From positions 1 through 15,802 of the forward strand of contig JBDRGF010000152.1 in NCBI GenBank assembly GCA_043818055.1: 15,802 nt of DNA, in the 5' to 3' direction. Origin of the DNA: Pseudomonadota bacterium (GTDB taxonomy: Bacteria > UBA10199 > 2-02-FULL-44-16 > JBDRGF01). Of this stretch, positions 1 through 9,008 are shown in pieces (position 1 is the stretch's first letter; each line of letters starts with the position of its first letter). The notes beneath the pieces are model-generated. The model searched no databases. It saw nothing but the letters and a program-made list of their open reading frames with translations, and was not told the DNA's origin. A program made the translations under genes and the position numbers.

Positions 1-92
1 CCATCCGCCCTTCGGGCACCTCCCCCCGTTCAGGGGGAAGGGCAGAGGGGAAAGTATCATTGAGGGCACCTTCCGCCGTCCAGGGGGAAGGG
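1..92. repeat. Two copies of a GC-rich palindromic (REP-like) element, 50-bp period
   Basis: 14-42 gggcacctccccccgttcagggggaaggg vs 64-92 gggcaccttccgccgtccagggggaaggg (26/29 identical). Each forms an imperfect stem; copy 1 is preceded by the hairpin gccc-ttcg-ggc (7-17). Confidence 0.75.
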
Positions 93-181
93 AGGGGACA
101 GAAAGCAAAGCGGGCGGGTTTCAAACCCGCCCCTACATTGATGTTGAAATTTCTTATATTTTTAGAGGCATTTCCTCTCAT
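1..181 (-). CDS. Putative protein, N-terminal part only (runs off the window); contains in-frame translated REP-like palindromes
   Basis: ATG at 181-179, GGAGG SD at 191-187 (5-nt spacing), promoter upstream. Hand translation is open to the window edge: MRGNASKNIRNFNINVGAGLKPARFAFCPLPSPWTAEGALNDTFPSALPPERGEVPEGRM... No family recognised. Confidence 0.5.
   Translation of the reverse strand, partial: MRGNASKNIRNFNINVGAGLKPARFAFCPLPSPWTAEGALNDTFPSALPPERGEVPEGRM
112..136 (-). repeat. GTAG-family REP element
   Basis: Minus strand reads GTAG-GGGCGGGTTT-G-AAACCCGCCC: a GTAG tetranucleotide followed by a perfect palindrome, the architecture of GTAG-class REPs associated with RAYT (TnpA-REP) nucleases. 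Confidence 0.75.
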
Positions 182-203
182 AGAAGCCTCCAGCTTGGGA
201 AGA

Positions 204-232
204 AACCTAGCATTGGGATGTTTTTAAGTCAA
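204..232 (-). promoter_or_regulatory. Sigma70-type promoter with extended -10
   Basis: Minus strand: TTGACT (232-227), 17-nt spacer ending TGC, TAGGTT (209-204). Lies just downstream of the operon terminator and just upstream of the SD/ATG at 191-179. Confidence 0.65.
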
Positions 233-252
233 ATTATGTCGGTAGTCATCCT

Positions 253-286
253 AAAACAGTACGGGCAGCCATAATAAGGCTGCCCG
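253..286 (-). terminator. Probable intrinsic terminator of the r-protein operon
   Basis: Perfect 9-bp stem cgggcagcc (262-270)/ggctgcccg (278-286), 7-nt loop, 27 nt after the rplQ stop; followed on the minus strand by TACTGTTTT (imperfect U-tract). Confidence 0.65.
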
Positions 287-313
287 ATATAAAAAATTTT
301 GTTAAAAGAAAAT

Positions 314-889
314 CTATTTCTTCTTCTTACTCTTCTTTGCAGTTTTGGCCTTTTTGGCGGTCTTCTTCTCTGTTGTTTTTTTGGCCTTCTTTTTTGTTTC
401 TTTCTTAGGTTCCTTTTTCGCCTTTGTCTTTTTCTTCACTTCTTTCTCTACTTTGGACTTGGCGTGGTGTGTCTCTTTCTTAGCCTTGTGCGCTTTGGTC
501 TCATGGGAAGCTGTTAGCGAACCGACATCCTCACCTTCCATGATGTATTCTATGAGAGCCATAGGTGCTGCATCGCCATCCCTGAAGCCTAGTTTATAGA
601 TTCTTGTGTAGCCGCCGTTTCTCTCACCATAGCGGGCAACAGTCTCAGAAAACAATTTGTGCACTGCGGTCTTATCGCGGACTATTGAGATAGCCCTTCT
701 TCTGGCGTGCAACGTTCCCTGCTTGCCAAGCGTCACCATCTTATCCGCGAGTCTCTTCAGATCCTTCGCCTTTGGCAAAGTTGTTTTAATCTGATCGTGC
801 ATGATAAGAGATGAAAGCATATTGGAAAACATCGCCTGACGATGGGCCGTCTTCCTGCCTAATTTCCTAAACGCCATTTTATGTCGCAT
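314..889 (-). CDS. rplQ: 50S ribosomal protein bL17 with about 75-aa Lys-rich C-terminal extension
   Basis: [38 protein letters not shown] motifs; follows rpoA; AGGAG SD. Confidence 0.98.
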   Translation of the reverse strand: MRHKMAFRKLGRKTAHRQAMFSNMLSSLIMHDQIKTTLPKAKDLKRLADKMVTLGKQGTLHARRRAISIVRDKTAVHKLFSETVARYGERNGGYTRIYKLGFRDGDAAPMALIEYIMEGEDVGSLTASHETKAHKAKKETHHAKSKVEKEVKKKTKAKKEPKKETKKKAKKTTEKKTAKKAKTAKKSKKKK

Positions 890-915
890 TTTAAACTCCT
901 CGATTCTTTTTTAGT

Positions 916-1935
916 CTATTCAATATCCTTCGGGCGAAATTTCTCTGCGTCCTTAACATCAAAGCCGTCAAGCTTCATACCGAGGGAAATCCCCATGCTC
1001 GCTAAAATCTCTTTTATTTCGTTTAGGGATTTTCTGCCGAAGTTCTTCGTTCGGAGCATCTCGCCCTCAGACCTCTGGCAGAGTTCACCGATATATTTGA
1101 TATTGGCATTCTGCAAACAATTTGCTGATCTAACCGAGAGTTCAAGCTCTTCTACGCGCCTGTATAAATTTTCATTGAGCTTCGAAGTCTCATCACCCAA
1201 ATATCCCATCTCCTCTTCCTGAGGTTCAATGGTCTCATCAAAATTGATGAAGACGGTGGTCTGTTCCTTGATAATTTTCGCCGCATAAGCGATCGCGTCT
1301 TCGGGCTTCACTGCGCCGTTTGTCCAGATCTCGATCGCAAGGCGATCGTAATCTGTTCTTCTGCCTACCCTGGCATTGGAAACGGTGTAGTTGCATTTCG
1401 TAATCGGAGAGAAACTCGCATCGATTGGAATCGTCCCGATGGAATCCCCCTCCTGCTTATTGAATTCAGCAGCCACATAACCTTTACCCATCTTCACTGT
1501 CAGATCTGCATTCAACTTAGCACCCTTGCCAAGTGTTGCGATTACATGATCAGGATTCACAACCTCGACTCTGCTAGTAGTTTTGAGATCGCCTGCGGTA
1601 ACAACGCCCTCTTTGTTGGCTTCCAGCCTGATGACATCCGACTCGCCCTCATGCAGTTTCAAACGAACCTGTTTTAAATTCAGGATGATATCCGTAACAT
1701 CCTCTTTAACACCGGGGATCGCTGTGAACTCATGAACCACATCATCAAATTTCACCGATGTTATAGCAGCGCCCTGCAGTGATGAATATAGGATCCTTCT
1801 TAATGAATTTCCCAGCGTCAAACCGAAGCCTCTCTCCAGAGGACTAGCTATGAATTTTCCATATGTTGGTGTCAGCTTCCCTTCGTCTACTACCAGCCTT
1901 TTGGGACGGATCAGTCGCCTCCAGTTTCGATACAT
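916..1935 (-). CDS. rpoA: RNA polymerase alpha subunit
   Basis: [51 protein letters not shown] motifs; AAGGAGG SD. Confidence 0.99.
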   Translation of the reverse strand: MYRNWRRLIRPKRLVVDEGKLTPTYGKFIASPLERGFGLTLGNSLRRILYSSLQGAAITSVKFDDVVHEFTAIPGVKEDVTDIILNLKQVRLKLHEGESDVIRLEANKEGVVTAGDLKTTSRVEVVNPDHVIATLGKGAKLNADLTVKMGKGYVAAEFNKQEGDSIGTIPIDASFSPITKCNYTVSNARVGRRTDYDRLAIEIWTNGAVKPEDAIAYAAKIIKEQTTVFINFDETIEPQEEEMGYLGDETSKLNENLYRRVEELELSVRSANCLQNANIKYIGELCQRSEGEMLRTKNFGRKSLNEIKEILASMGISLGMKLDGFDVKDAEKFRPKDIE

Positions 1936-1955
1936 ATCATTCCTCCTTAAAAACT

Positions 1956-2011
1956 TAGCGGATAGCGTTTAGCGTTTAGAAAAACCTAAACACATTGCGC
2001 ATCTTACGCTA
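1956..2011. repeat. Heptamer tandem repeat (TAGCGTT-like) with a degenerate inverted arm
   Basis: TAGCGGA TAGCGTT TAGCGTT TAG (1956-1979), 6-nt spacer, then ctaaacac...ttacgcta (1986-2011), partly complementary. Confidence 0.6.
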
Positions 2012-2638
2012 TTTAGAATACAACTCTACGATCAGGTGTTCCTGAATCTGTAGATCTAATTGATCTCGCTTGGGCAAAGCCATTACCTTGCCTGAAAATT
2101 TTTCTTTTTCCAGCATCAGCCACTCTGGAACTCCACGCCTCTGAACGGCTTCGATTGACTCCTGAACCAGTTGCAACTTTCTACTAGCCTCAGATACAAC
2201 AATTTCATCACCCTCTTTTACAAGGTAAGAAGGGATGTTGACAGTCTTTCCATTGACTTTGACATGGCTGTGGCGCACAAGCTGGCGAGACTGATTTCTC
2301 GAATGTGCGAATCCAAGCCTGTAGACCATATTATCCAGACGTCTCTCTAAGAGCACGAGGAGATTTTCACCTGTGACGCCCTTCTGAGAATCGGCCATCT
2401 TGAAATACAATTTGAATTGTTTTTCAAGAACTCCGTACATCTGTTTCGCCCGCTGTTTTTCGCGCAACATCAGACCATATTCAGTACGCTTGCTGCGCCT
2501 TCCCTGACCCCTGGCACCCGGTGAATAGGGTCGTTTCTCAAAGGCGCATTTGTCTGTATAACAGCGATCGCCTTTTAAGAAAAGTTTTAGCGCCTCTCTG
2601 CGACACAACCTACAAACTGAATCCGTATACCTTGCCAT
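2009..2638 (-). CDS. rpsD: 30S ribosomal protein uS4 (four-Cys N-terminal form)
   Basis: MARYT..CRLCRRE..LFLKG.RC...KC, LERRLDN.VYRLG, IVELYSK. Confidence 0.99.
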   Translation of the reverse strand: MARYTDSVCRLCRREALKLFLKGDRCYTDKCAFEKRPYSPGARGQGRRSKRTEYGLMLREKQRAKQMYGVLEKQFKLYFKMADSQKGVTGENLLVLLERRLDNMVYRLGFAHSRNQSRQLVRHSHVKVNGKTVNIPSYLVKEGDEIVVSEASRKLQLVQESIEAVQRRGVPEWLMLEKEKFSGKVMALPKRDQLDLQIQEHLIVELYSK

Positions 2639-2664
2639 CCTTCACCGCCTTCTTTCCATAAAGC

Positions 2665-3066
2665 CTACACACGGCGCCGTTTAGGAGGACGGCAACCGTT
2701 ATGAGGAATTGGTGTAATATCTCTTAAAGAGTTGACCCTGATACCCATCTTCTGAAATGTTCTAAGGGAAGATTCCCTCCCTGAACCTGGGCCATTTACT
2801 CTCACTTCCACTGATCTGACTCCGTGATCACTAGCCTTCTTCAAAGCCTCTTCACACGCGACTTGAGCCGCGAATGGGGTGCTCCTTCTTCCGCCCTTGA
2901 AACCTGAGGATCCGCTCGTCGCCCAGGCAATCACATTGCCTACCTGATCGGTTACTGTGATGATCGTATTGTTAAACGTCGACTTTACATAGACGATCGC
3001 GTGCGGAATATTTTTTCTAACCTTCTTTTTGCCTCTCTTGGGCGCTGCCTTTTTTTCCTCTGCCAT
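2665..3066 (-). CDS. rpsK: 30S ribosomal protein uS11
   Basis: [41 protein letters not shown]; start moved to ATG 3066 behind a GAGGAG SD. Confidence 0.99.
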   Translation of the reverse strand: MAEEKKAAPKRGKKKVRKNIPHAIVYVKSTFNNTIITVTDQVGNVIAWATSGSSGFKGGRRSTPFAAQVACEEALKKASDHGVRSVEVRVNGPGSGRESSLRTFQKMGIRVNSLRDITPIPHNGCRPPKRRRV

Positions 3067-3124
3067 ATTCACTCCTCATTTCTTTAGCTGCGGCATATCA
3101 TAACCGCTATTTTTATAAACAAAA

Positions 3125-3514
3125 TTACTTGGGCGCCGGTGTACCCTTCTTGCCGGCAATCGCAATCCTCTTGCGACCTTTAGCTGTTCTTGCGTTCGTA
3201 TGCGTGCGCTGTCCCCTCAAAGGGAGCCTTGCGGAATGTCTTCTCCCACGATAAGTCCCTATCTCTTTGAGATGCTTGATGTTGGAAACAACTTCACGCC
3301 TTAAATCGCCCTCTACCTTGAGTCCCAACTCATCCATAACTCCTCTGATCTTTGCCAGATCAGCTTCGGAGAGCTCTTTCGCCTTGATTCCAAATTTAAT
3401 TTCGGCCTTCTCCAATATCCGCTTGGAGGTGGTCAATCCGATTCCATAGACATACGTCAAAGCAATAAAAAGCGGTTTTTCATTTGGAATATCTGTTCCC
3501 GATATACGTGGCAT
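3125..3514 (-). CDS. rpsM: 30S ribosomal protein uS13
   Basis: [23 protein letters not shown]...LP.RGQRT.TNART. Confidence 0.98.
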   Translation of the reverse strand: MPRISGTDIPNEKPLFIALTYVYGIGLTTSKRILEKAEIKFGIKAKELSEADLAKIRGVMDELGLKVEGDLRREVVSNIKHLKEIGTYRGRRHSARLPLRGQRTHTNARTAKGRKRIAIAGKKGTPAPK

Positions 3515-3525
3515 AACTTACTCCT

Positions 3526-3639
3526 TTATCCCTGACGTTGTTTATGTTTAGGATTTTTACATAAAACCCTAACCACGCCCTTACGTTTAATAATCTTGCA
3601 CTTATCACAAATCTTTTTTACCGACGATCTGACTTTCAT
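3526..3639 (-). CDS. rpmJ: 50S ribosomal protein bL36 (zinc-ribbon form); not in ORF track
   Basis: Hand translation: [37 protein letters not shown] (37 aa, CxxC...C...H); GAGG SD; canonical position between infA and rpsM. Confidence 0.98.
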   Translation of the reverse strand: MKVRSSVKKICDKCKIIKRKGVVRVLCKNPKHKQRQG

Positions 3640-3651
3640 ACTGACCTCTCT

Positions 3652-3873
3652 TTACTTCTTTGCCCGATAGGTAATTCTTCCACGAGTAAGATCATACGGA
3701 GATAACTCTATCGTTACGCTATCACCGGGCAAAATTCTTATAAAATACATTCTCATTTTTCCTGATACATGAGCCAAAACCTTGTGTCCGTTTGGCAACT
3801 CTACTCTGAACATTGCATTCGGCAATGTCTCCAACACCTTGCCTTCTACCTGTATTGCCTCTTGTTTGGCCAT
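3652..3873 (-). CDS. infA: Translation initiation factor IF-1
   Basis: [35 protein letters not shown]. Confidence 0.99.
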   Translation of the reverse strand: MAKQEAIQVEGKVLETLPNAMFRVELPNGHKVLAHVSGKMRMYFIRILPGDSVTIELSPYDLTRGRITYRAKK

Positions 3874-3884
3874 TCAATCGCCCT

Positions 3885-4634
3885 TTATAAACTGCTTAAA
3901 ATTTCACTGCCATCTTCTTTTATGGCTACCATATGCTCAAAATGAACAGATGGCTTTCTATCGCGCGTTACAACTGTCCATCCATCATCGAGGACATCTA
4001 CATCATAAGATCCCATATTCACCATCGGCTCCAGCGCTAATACCATTCCCGCCTTGAGTTGGATGCCGGTATCGGGAATTCCAAAATTCGGCACCTGGGG
4101 ATCCTCATGTAACTCGCGCCCTATTCCATGACCGACATAATCCCTCACAACAGAGTATCCCGATCCTTCAGCGTGTTTCTGAATGGCTGCCGAAATATCA
4201 AAGAGACGTTTGCCAGCTAAGCATTCATCGATACCCTTTGAAAGCGCCTCCTCACCAACCTTCAGGAGCCTCTCCTTTTCGCTGCTCACCTTCCCTACAG
4301 GAAAGGTCCATGCATGATCGCCGAAAAAACCATCTATAAAAACACCGCAGTCGATGCTCAAAACATCCCCTTCGTTCAACTTCCTCTTCGAGTTCGGAAT
4401 GCCATGTACCACAGCTTCGTTGATCGAAGTACAAAGGGCATGCTTATATCCGGGCACCATCGGAAAGGCCGCTTTCGCACCTTTTGAAACTATCAGCTCC
4501 ATCGCCATTCTTTCCAGGTCCATGGTGCTGACGCCGGGCTTAACATGCTCTCTGAGCATTAGCAAAACTTCAGCGACAATCCTGCCAGCCCTTCGCATCT
4601 TCTCAAGTTCCTGAGGTGACTTGAGGGTAATCAT
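3885..4634 (-). CDS. map: Methionine aminopeptidase type I
   Basis: CTSINE.VVHGIP, D.G....GD, GHGIG..LHEDP, EPMVN, HFEH metal-ligand motifs. Confidence 0.98.
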   Translation of the reverse strand: MITLKSPQELEKMRRAGRIVAEVLLMLREHVKPGVSTMDLERMAMELIVSKGAKAAFPMVPGYKHALCTSINEAVVHGIPNSKRKLNEGDVLSIDCGVFIDGFFGDHAWTFPVGKVSSEKERLLKVGEEALSKGIDECLAGKRLFDISAAIQKHAEGSGYSVVRDYVGHGIGRELHEDPQVPNFGIPDTGIQLKAGMVLALEPMVNMGSYDVDVLDDGWTVVTRDRKPSVHFEHMVAIKEDGSEILSSL

Positions 4635-4639
4635 AAATT

Positions 4640-5326
4640 TTAGGAGCCCTCTCTTAACCTATTAATCAAAGAACATAAATCAGAAAAGATAGTATCGATA
4701 TCCCCGTCGCCTTTGAGGTCGTGCAAAAGACCCAAAGACTTATAGTAACTCACGAGGGGTTCGGTATCTCTTCTGTATACCTGAAGACGATTCTTCACCG
4801 TCTCTTCATTATCATCATCGCGCTGGTACAACTCGCCTTTACACTGGTCACAAACTCCATCCTCCTTCGGAGGATTGAATTTAACGTGATATGGACCACC
4901 ACATGCCTTACAAACGCGTCTTCCGGTCAGGCGCGAAATAACTTCCTCATCAGATATGGAAAAATTTATCACAGCACTCAATACCTGTGACGATTCCTTC
5001 AACATCTCACTTAAAGATTCAGCCTGTTTCAAAGATCTGGGAAAACCATCAAGAATATATCCCTGACTACAATCAGGCTTAGCCATCCTGATCTTCATGA
5101 TGCCGATGACAACTTCATTTGGAACAAGTTCCCCGACATCCATTAAACTCTTCGCTTTCAGTCCAACTTCTGTCTTATCAGCAATCGCCTGCCTCAACAT
5201 ATCTCCCGTTGAGAGCTGGATTATTTTATATTCCTGGGAAACCCTCTTCGCTTGCGTACCTTTGCCGCATCCGGGAGGGCCTAAAAACACCAGTCTGGTT
5301 TCTTTCTGTTTGTTCATCTCGCTCAT
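4640..5326 (-). CDS. adk: Adenylate kinase with Zn-binding LID
   Basis: GPPGCGKGTQA P-loop, STGDMLR, ILDGFPR, CKAC...CDQC, QRDDD; ATGA overlap with the secY stop. Exact start (M1 vs M4) is uncertain. Confidence 0.98.
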   Translation of the reverse strand: MSEMNKQKETRLVFLGPPGCGKGTQAKRVSQEYKIIQLSTGDMLRQAIADKTEVGLKAKSLMDVGELVPNEVVIGIMKIRMAKPDCSQGYILDGFPRSLKQAESLSEMLKESSQVLSAVINFSISDEEVISRLTGRRVCKACGGPYHVKFNPPKEDGVCDQCKGELYQRDDDNEETVKNRLQVYRRDTEPLVSYYKSLGLLHDLKGDGDIDTIFSDLCSLINRLREGS

Positions 5327-6630
5327 CCGCCTCTGCCTCTGAACTTTCCACCTGCTTTAGCCCCTAAGAATCCTTGATATTGATGCGTCACCAGATGAGA
5401 TTCGATCTGCGCCAGAGTATCCATCGAAACACCGACGATGATCAACATCGAAGTACCACCAAATGTGAAAGCAAGCGACGATGGAATTCCAAAATATCTT
5501 ATCAAAAGTTGCGGCAAGACACATATAGTCGCGACATAGAGAGCCCCGCCAAGCGTGATCTTCGTGAGCACTCTGTCGATATAATCTGCAGTCGCCTTTC
5601 CGGGACGGATGCCTGGTATAAAACCTCCATACTTTCTCAAATTTTCTGAAACATCAATCGGGTTGAACGTCACCGCCGTGTAAAAAAAGGCGAAGAAGAT
5701 TATCAATCCCGCATATAAAGTCACGTATATCCATCCGCTCATAAGAGTATTTGCCATCACATGAACTATGCCGCTCTTCACAAACTGGGCGATCGTCGCA
5801 GGGAACATGATTAGCGATGAAGCAAAAATTGCCGGTATAACGCCCGCAGTATTGACCTTCAAGGGAAGATGTGTGGCCTGTCCGCCATACATCTTACGAC
5901 CGACAACTCGTTTGGCGTACTGCACAGGCAATCTTCTCTGTGCCCTCTCAACAAATATTATTATGCTGACTGTGAACAATATGAAGGCAACCAAAAGCAG
6001 AAATCCAAAAAAGCCTGCAAACTGATCCTTCACTCCCCACGCATCGCGAAAACCTGCTGGAATCCTTGAAACGATATTCGCAAAGATGATCAGTGATATC
6101 CCGTTTCCAATCCCGCGCTCTGTGATCATCTCACCGAGCCACATCAAAAAACAGGTGCCGGTTGTTAGCGTCAACATCGTTCCAATATAGAACCAGAGAG
6201 TGGGAAAATCGGGCAACACCGCACCCTGTTGTTTGAGACCATAGCTTATGCCAAGTCCTTGAATGAGTGCTAATACCACTGTTCCATAGCGCGTGTACTG
6301 GGCGATTTTTTTTCTTCCCTGATCACCCTCTTTTGACAGCCTCTCCAAAGCAGGAACTGCAACGGTGAGAAGCTGTAGGATGATCGATGCGCTGATATAA
6401 GGCATAATTCCCAAGGCAAACACGGAGAGCTGAGAAAGCGCTCCACCTGAGAATAGATTAAACATTTCAAAGACCGTTCCCTTGGAAATGATCGCTTTGA
6501 CAGCCTCTACGCTGATCCCGGGAGTGGGAATAAAAACTCCTATTCTCACAGCCGCAAGCGCAAATAGAGTAAATAACAATCTTCTTCTCAATTCAGGAAT
6601 TTTGGCTATTGCCGAAACTCTTTCAGACAC
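5323..6630 (-). CDS. secY: Preprotein translocase SecY
   Basis: [58 protein letters not shown] start overlapping the end of rplO. Confidence 0.99.
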   Translation of the reverse strand: MSERVSAIAKIPELRRRLLFTLFALAAVRIGVFIPTPGISVEAVKAIISKGTVFEMFNLFSGGALSQLSVFALGIMPYISASIILQLLTVAVPALERLSKEGDQGRKKIAQYTRYGTVVLALIQGLGISYGLKQQGAVLPDFPTLWFYIGTMLTLTTGTCFLMWLGEMITERGIGNGISLIIFANIVSRIPAGFRDAWGVKDQFAGFFGFLLLVAFILFTVSIIIFVERAQRRLPVQYAKRVVGRKMYGGQATHLPLKVNTAGVIPAIFASSLIMFPATIAQFVKSGIVHVMANTLMSGWIYVTLYAGLIIFFAFFYTAVTFNPIDVSENLRKYGGFIPGIRPGKATADYIDRVLTKITLGGALYVATICVLPQLLIRYFGIPSSLAFTFGGTSMLIIVGVSMDTLAQIESHLVTHQYQGFLGAKAGGKFRGRGG

Positions 6631-7078
6631 CTGTCACCTCTACAATCGTTCCACCGGCTGCCTCAATCTTTTTGCGCGCGCTTGATGAAACCTTTGCAGC
6701 TTTAATGTTAAGTTTAATTTTAATTTCACCATTTCCCAGCACTTTCAATCCTGATTTTAAATCACGGATTTTACCGCTTTCCATTAACATCTCAGGAGTC
6801 ACCTCGGTGCCCGCTGCAAAATCCTGCAGATCAGCGAGATTGATTATCGCATATTCTTTACGGTTCGGGGATACAAAACCTCTCTTCGGCAAACGGCGTT
6901 GAAGGGGCATCTGACCACCTTCAAAACCGACCTTCCTGTAACCACCGCTCCTGGCCTTCTGACCTTTATGTCCCTTGCCTGAAGTTCCTCCACTTCCTGA
7001 GGAATTTCCACGACCCAGACGATCCCTGTCTTTCCTCGATCGCCTTCCATATGGTCTTTTTATCTCATTCAATTTCAT
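6623..7078 (-). CDS. rplO: 50S ribosomal protein uL15
   Basis: [37 protein letters not shown]; start moved to ATG 7078 (MKLNEI) behind a GGAGG SD. Confidence 0.98.
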   Translation of the reverse strand: MKLNEIKRPYGRRSRKDRDRLGRGNSSGSGGTSGKGHKGQKARSGGYRKVGFEGGQMPLQRRLPKRGFVSPNRKEYAIINLADLQDFAAGTEVTPEMLMESGKIRDLKSGLKVLGNGEIKIKLNIKAAKVSSSARKKIEAAGGTIVEVTGV

Positions 7079-7099
7079 ACATAGCCTCCAAAGATACAC

Positions 7100-7561
7100 T
7101 CACACATTATTCAGTAGCACCAGATCCTTCAATCCATTCGCTGTAGCCTTTACAACGTTATGCGGATTGTTTGTGCCCAGCGACTTAGTCAGAATATTTT
7201 TAATGCCAGCCGCTTCGACCACAGCTCGTACCGGACCTCCGGCGATAACGCCTGTACCGTCTGAAGCAGGTTTCATGACAACTTTCCCTGCTCCATAACG
7301 ACCAAAGACCTCGTGCGGAATAGTTCCTCCCTTGATAGCTACCGAAAACATCCCTTTTCTTGCACGATCAGTCGCTTTTTTGATAGCTGCCGGAACTTCA
7401 TTGGCCTTTCCAAGGCCATATCCAACCTTGCCATGACCATCGCCGACGACAACCAGCGCGGAAAAGCTAAAACGTTTTCCACCTTTGACGACCTTAGCTA
7501 CCCTGCTGATATGAACTACACGTTCAATCAGTTCATTTCCCTTCGATTGTTCATAAGCCAT
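7100..7561 (-). CDS. rpsE: 30S ribosomal protein uS5 (short C-terminus)
   Basis: [48 protein letters not shown]. Confidence 0.98.
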   Translation of the reverse strand: MAYEQSKGNELIERVVHISRVAKVVKGGKRFSFSALVVVGDGHGKVGYGLGKANEVPAAIKKATDRARKGMFSVAIKGGTIPHEVFGRYGAGKVVMKPASDGTGVIAGGPVRAVVEAAGIKNILTKSLGTNNPHNVVKATANGLKDLVLLNNV

Positions 7562-7577
7562 AACTTAATCCTCACTT

Positions 7578-7937
7578 TTAAAATTTCAAACCAACTTCAC
7601 GAGCAGCATCCGCCAACTCCTTGACACGACCGTGATACCTAAAACCAGAACGATCAAAAGCCACGCGGCTAAAATTCAAAACTTTGGCCCTCTCAGCAAG
7701 CCTCTTGCCCACCTTCTTCGCACCCTCTTTTGTCCTGCTGGACGGATCTTCACGAAGATCCTTTTCGTAAGTGGAAGCGCTGGCCAATGTCTTACTACTG
7801 AGGTCATCGATCAGTTGAGCGCTGATATGTTTGGCACTCTTAAATACAGAGAGCCTCGGACACTCAGGCGTGCCACCGATTTTTTTTCTAATTCTTACCT
7901 GACGACGTTTTCGTTTTATATTCCTACTTGCTTTCAT
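7578..7937 (-). CDS. rplR: 50S ribosomal protein uL18
   Basis: [39 protein letters not shown]; start moved to ATG 7937 behind a GGAGG SD. Confidence 0.98.
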   Translation of the reverse strand: MKASRNIKRKRRQVRIRKKIGGTPECPRLSVFKSAKHISAQLIDDLSSKTLASASTYEKDLREDPSSRTKEGAKKVGKRLAERAKVLNFSRVAFDRSGFRYHGRVKELADAAREVGLKF

Positions 7938-7939
7938 AT

Positions 7940-8491
7940 TTATCCTCCTGCGGCTCCCGCTGCAGCCTTTCCGACCTTTCGGCGGATATATTCGCCTGCA
8001 TAACAAACACCTTTACCCTTATATGGCTCTGGCGGTCTAACCCTTCTGATCCTCGCGGCTGTCTCGCCAACAAGCCATTTATCCGCACCATGAACGGATA
8101 TCTTCGTACGATCCGCCTTCATCTCCAATCCGTCTGGAATCGGAAACTCAACCGGATGAGAAAAACCAAGGTTCAATAAAAGGATTTTACCCTTCACCTC
8201 AGCTTTATATCCCACTCCATTTATTTCGAGATCCTTGGTAAAACCTGTCGTAACACCTGTAACTGCATTTTGCAAAAGGGCTCTTATCAAACCTTGTTCC
8301 CTTCTTGAATCAGAGCTCTCAACCTTTCGGGAAACAATCAATTTGTCGTCTTCAAATTTCACTTCGACTAAGTCCAGCTTATCGTATGAAACCTTCAAAG
8401 TGTTCTTTGATCCCTGAACAACGACCTCTGTCGGTGAAACTGTAATCTTCGCGCCTTTACATTCTATGGGTATTTTACCTATTCTTGACAT
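7940..8491 (-). CDS. rplF: 50S ribosomal protein uL6
   Basis: [31 protein letters not shown]; start moved to ATG 8491 behind an AGGAG SD. Confidence 0.98.
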   Translation of the reverse strand: MSRIGKIPIECKGAKITVSPTEVVVQGSKNTLKVSYDKLDLVEVKFEDDKLIVSRKVESSDSRREQGLIRALLQNAVTGVTTGFTKDLEINGVGYKAEVKGKILLLNLGFSHPVEFPIPDGLEMKADRTKISVHGADKWLVGETAARIRRVRPPEPYKGKGVCYAGEYIRRKVGKAAAGAAGG

Positions 8492-8507
8492 AACGCTCCT
8501 TAAAAAG

Positions 8508-8903
8508 TTACCAGATTGCACATATCATTTCGCCGCCGACGCCTGTCTTTTTGGCATCTGCATCAGTCATAATTCCCTTCGGCGTAGATAATATCGTCAC
8601 TCCGGCTCCCTGCCGCAAAGGACGAATTTCATCCCTCTTCACATATCTTCTACAGCCCAACTTGCTCACGCGCTTCATCACTTTGTATGCGGGCTTTCCA
8701 TCACTATTATACCGAAGAGTCACTACCAGATTCTTTTTCTTGTCGCCAACAACTTCAATATTCCCAACATATCCTCTGCTCTCGAACACATTTAATAAAG
8801 CATGCTTCACGCGAGAAAAAGGAATCACGACTGTAGCGTGTTTCGCTTTGCTGGCATTCTTTATACTGCATAACATCTGTGCAATCGGATCATTAAGACT
8901 CAT
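8508..8903 (-). CDS. rpsH: 30S ribosomal protein uS8
   Basis: DPIA.ML..I.NA, ILSTPKGIMTD..A...GVGGE..C.IW; canonical position. Confidence 0.97.
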   Translation of the reverse strand: MSLNDPIAQMLCSIKNASKAKHATVVIPFSRVKHALLNVFESRGYVGNIEVVGDKKKNLVVTLRYNSDGKPAYKVMKRVSKLGCRRYVKRDEIRPLRQGAGVTILSTPKGIMTDADAKKTGVGGEMICAIW

Positions 8904-8911
8904 AAAAACTC

Positions 8912-9008
8912 CTAAGTGTTTAAGTATTTAAGTGCGTAAGTGTTTAAGTTAATTTCAACAAGGCCTTTCAACTTCTACACTTAAACACTTCTACACTCAA
9001 ACACTTTA
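8912..9008. repeat. Inverted repeat built from tandem octamers (TAAGTGTT-like)
   Basis: Left arm taagtgtt taagtatt taagtgcg taagtgtt taagtt (8913-8950); right arm aacttcta cacttaaa cacttcta cactcaaa cacttta (8970-9008); 19-nt spacer. Confidence 0.85.

Noticed and set aside
33..118. Possible G-quadruplex from clustered G-runs on the plus strand
   Set aside because: Only three closely spaced tracts per cluster (the fourth is 13-14 nt away), and the G-runs are explained by the palindromic stems.
299..599. Plus-strand hydrophobic ORFs (299-517, 345-599) resembling membrane peptides
   Set aside because: The Phe/Leu richness is just the antisense mirror of the AAA/AAG codons in the bL17 tail; no SD seen.
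3085..3109. Small hairpin (tagc/gcgg...ccgcta) in the rpsM-rpsK spacer
   Set aside because: Stem too short and interrupted to distinguish from chance.
8912..9008. CRISPR-array interpretation of the periodic repeats
   Set aside because: Units are 8 bp, contiguous, lack unique spacers and are inverted; no cas genes present.
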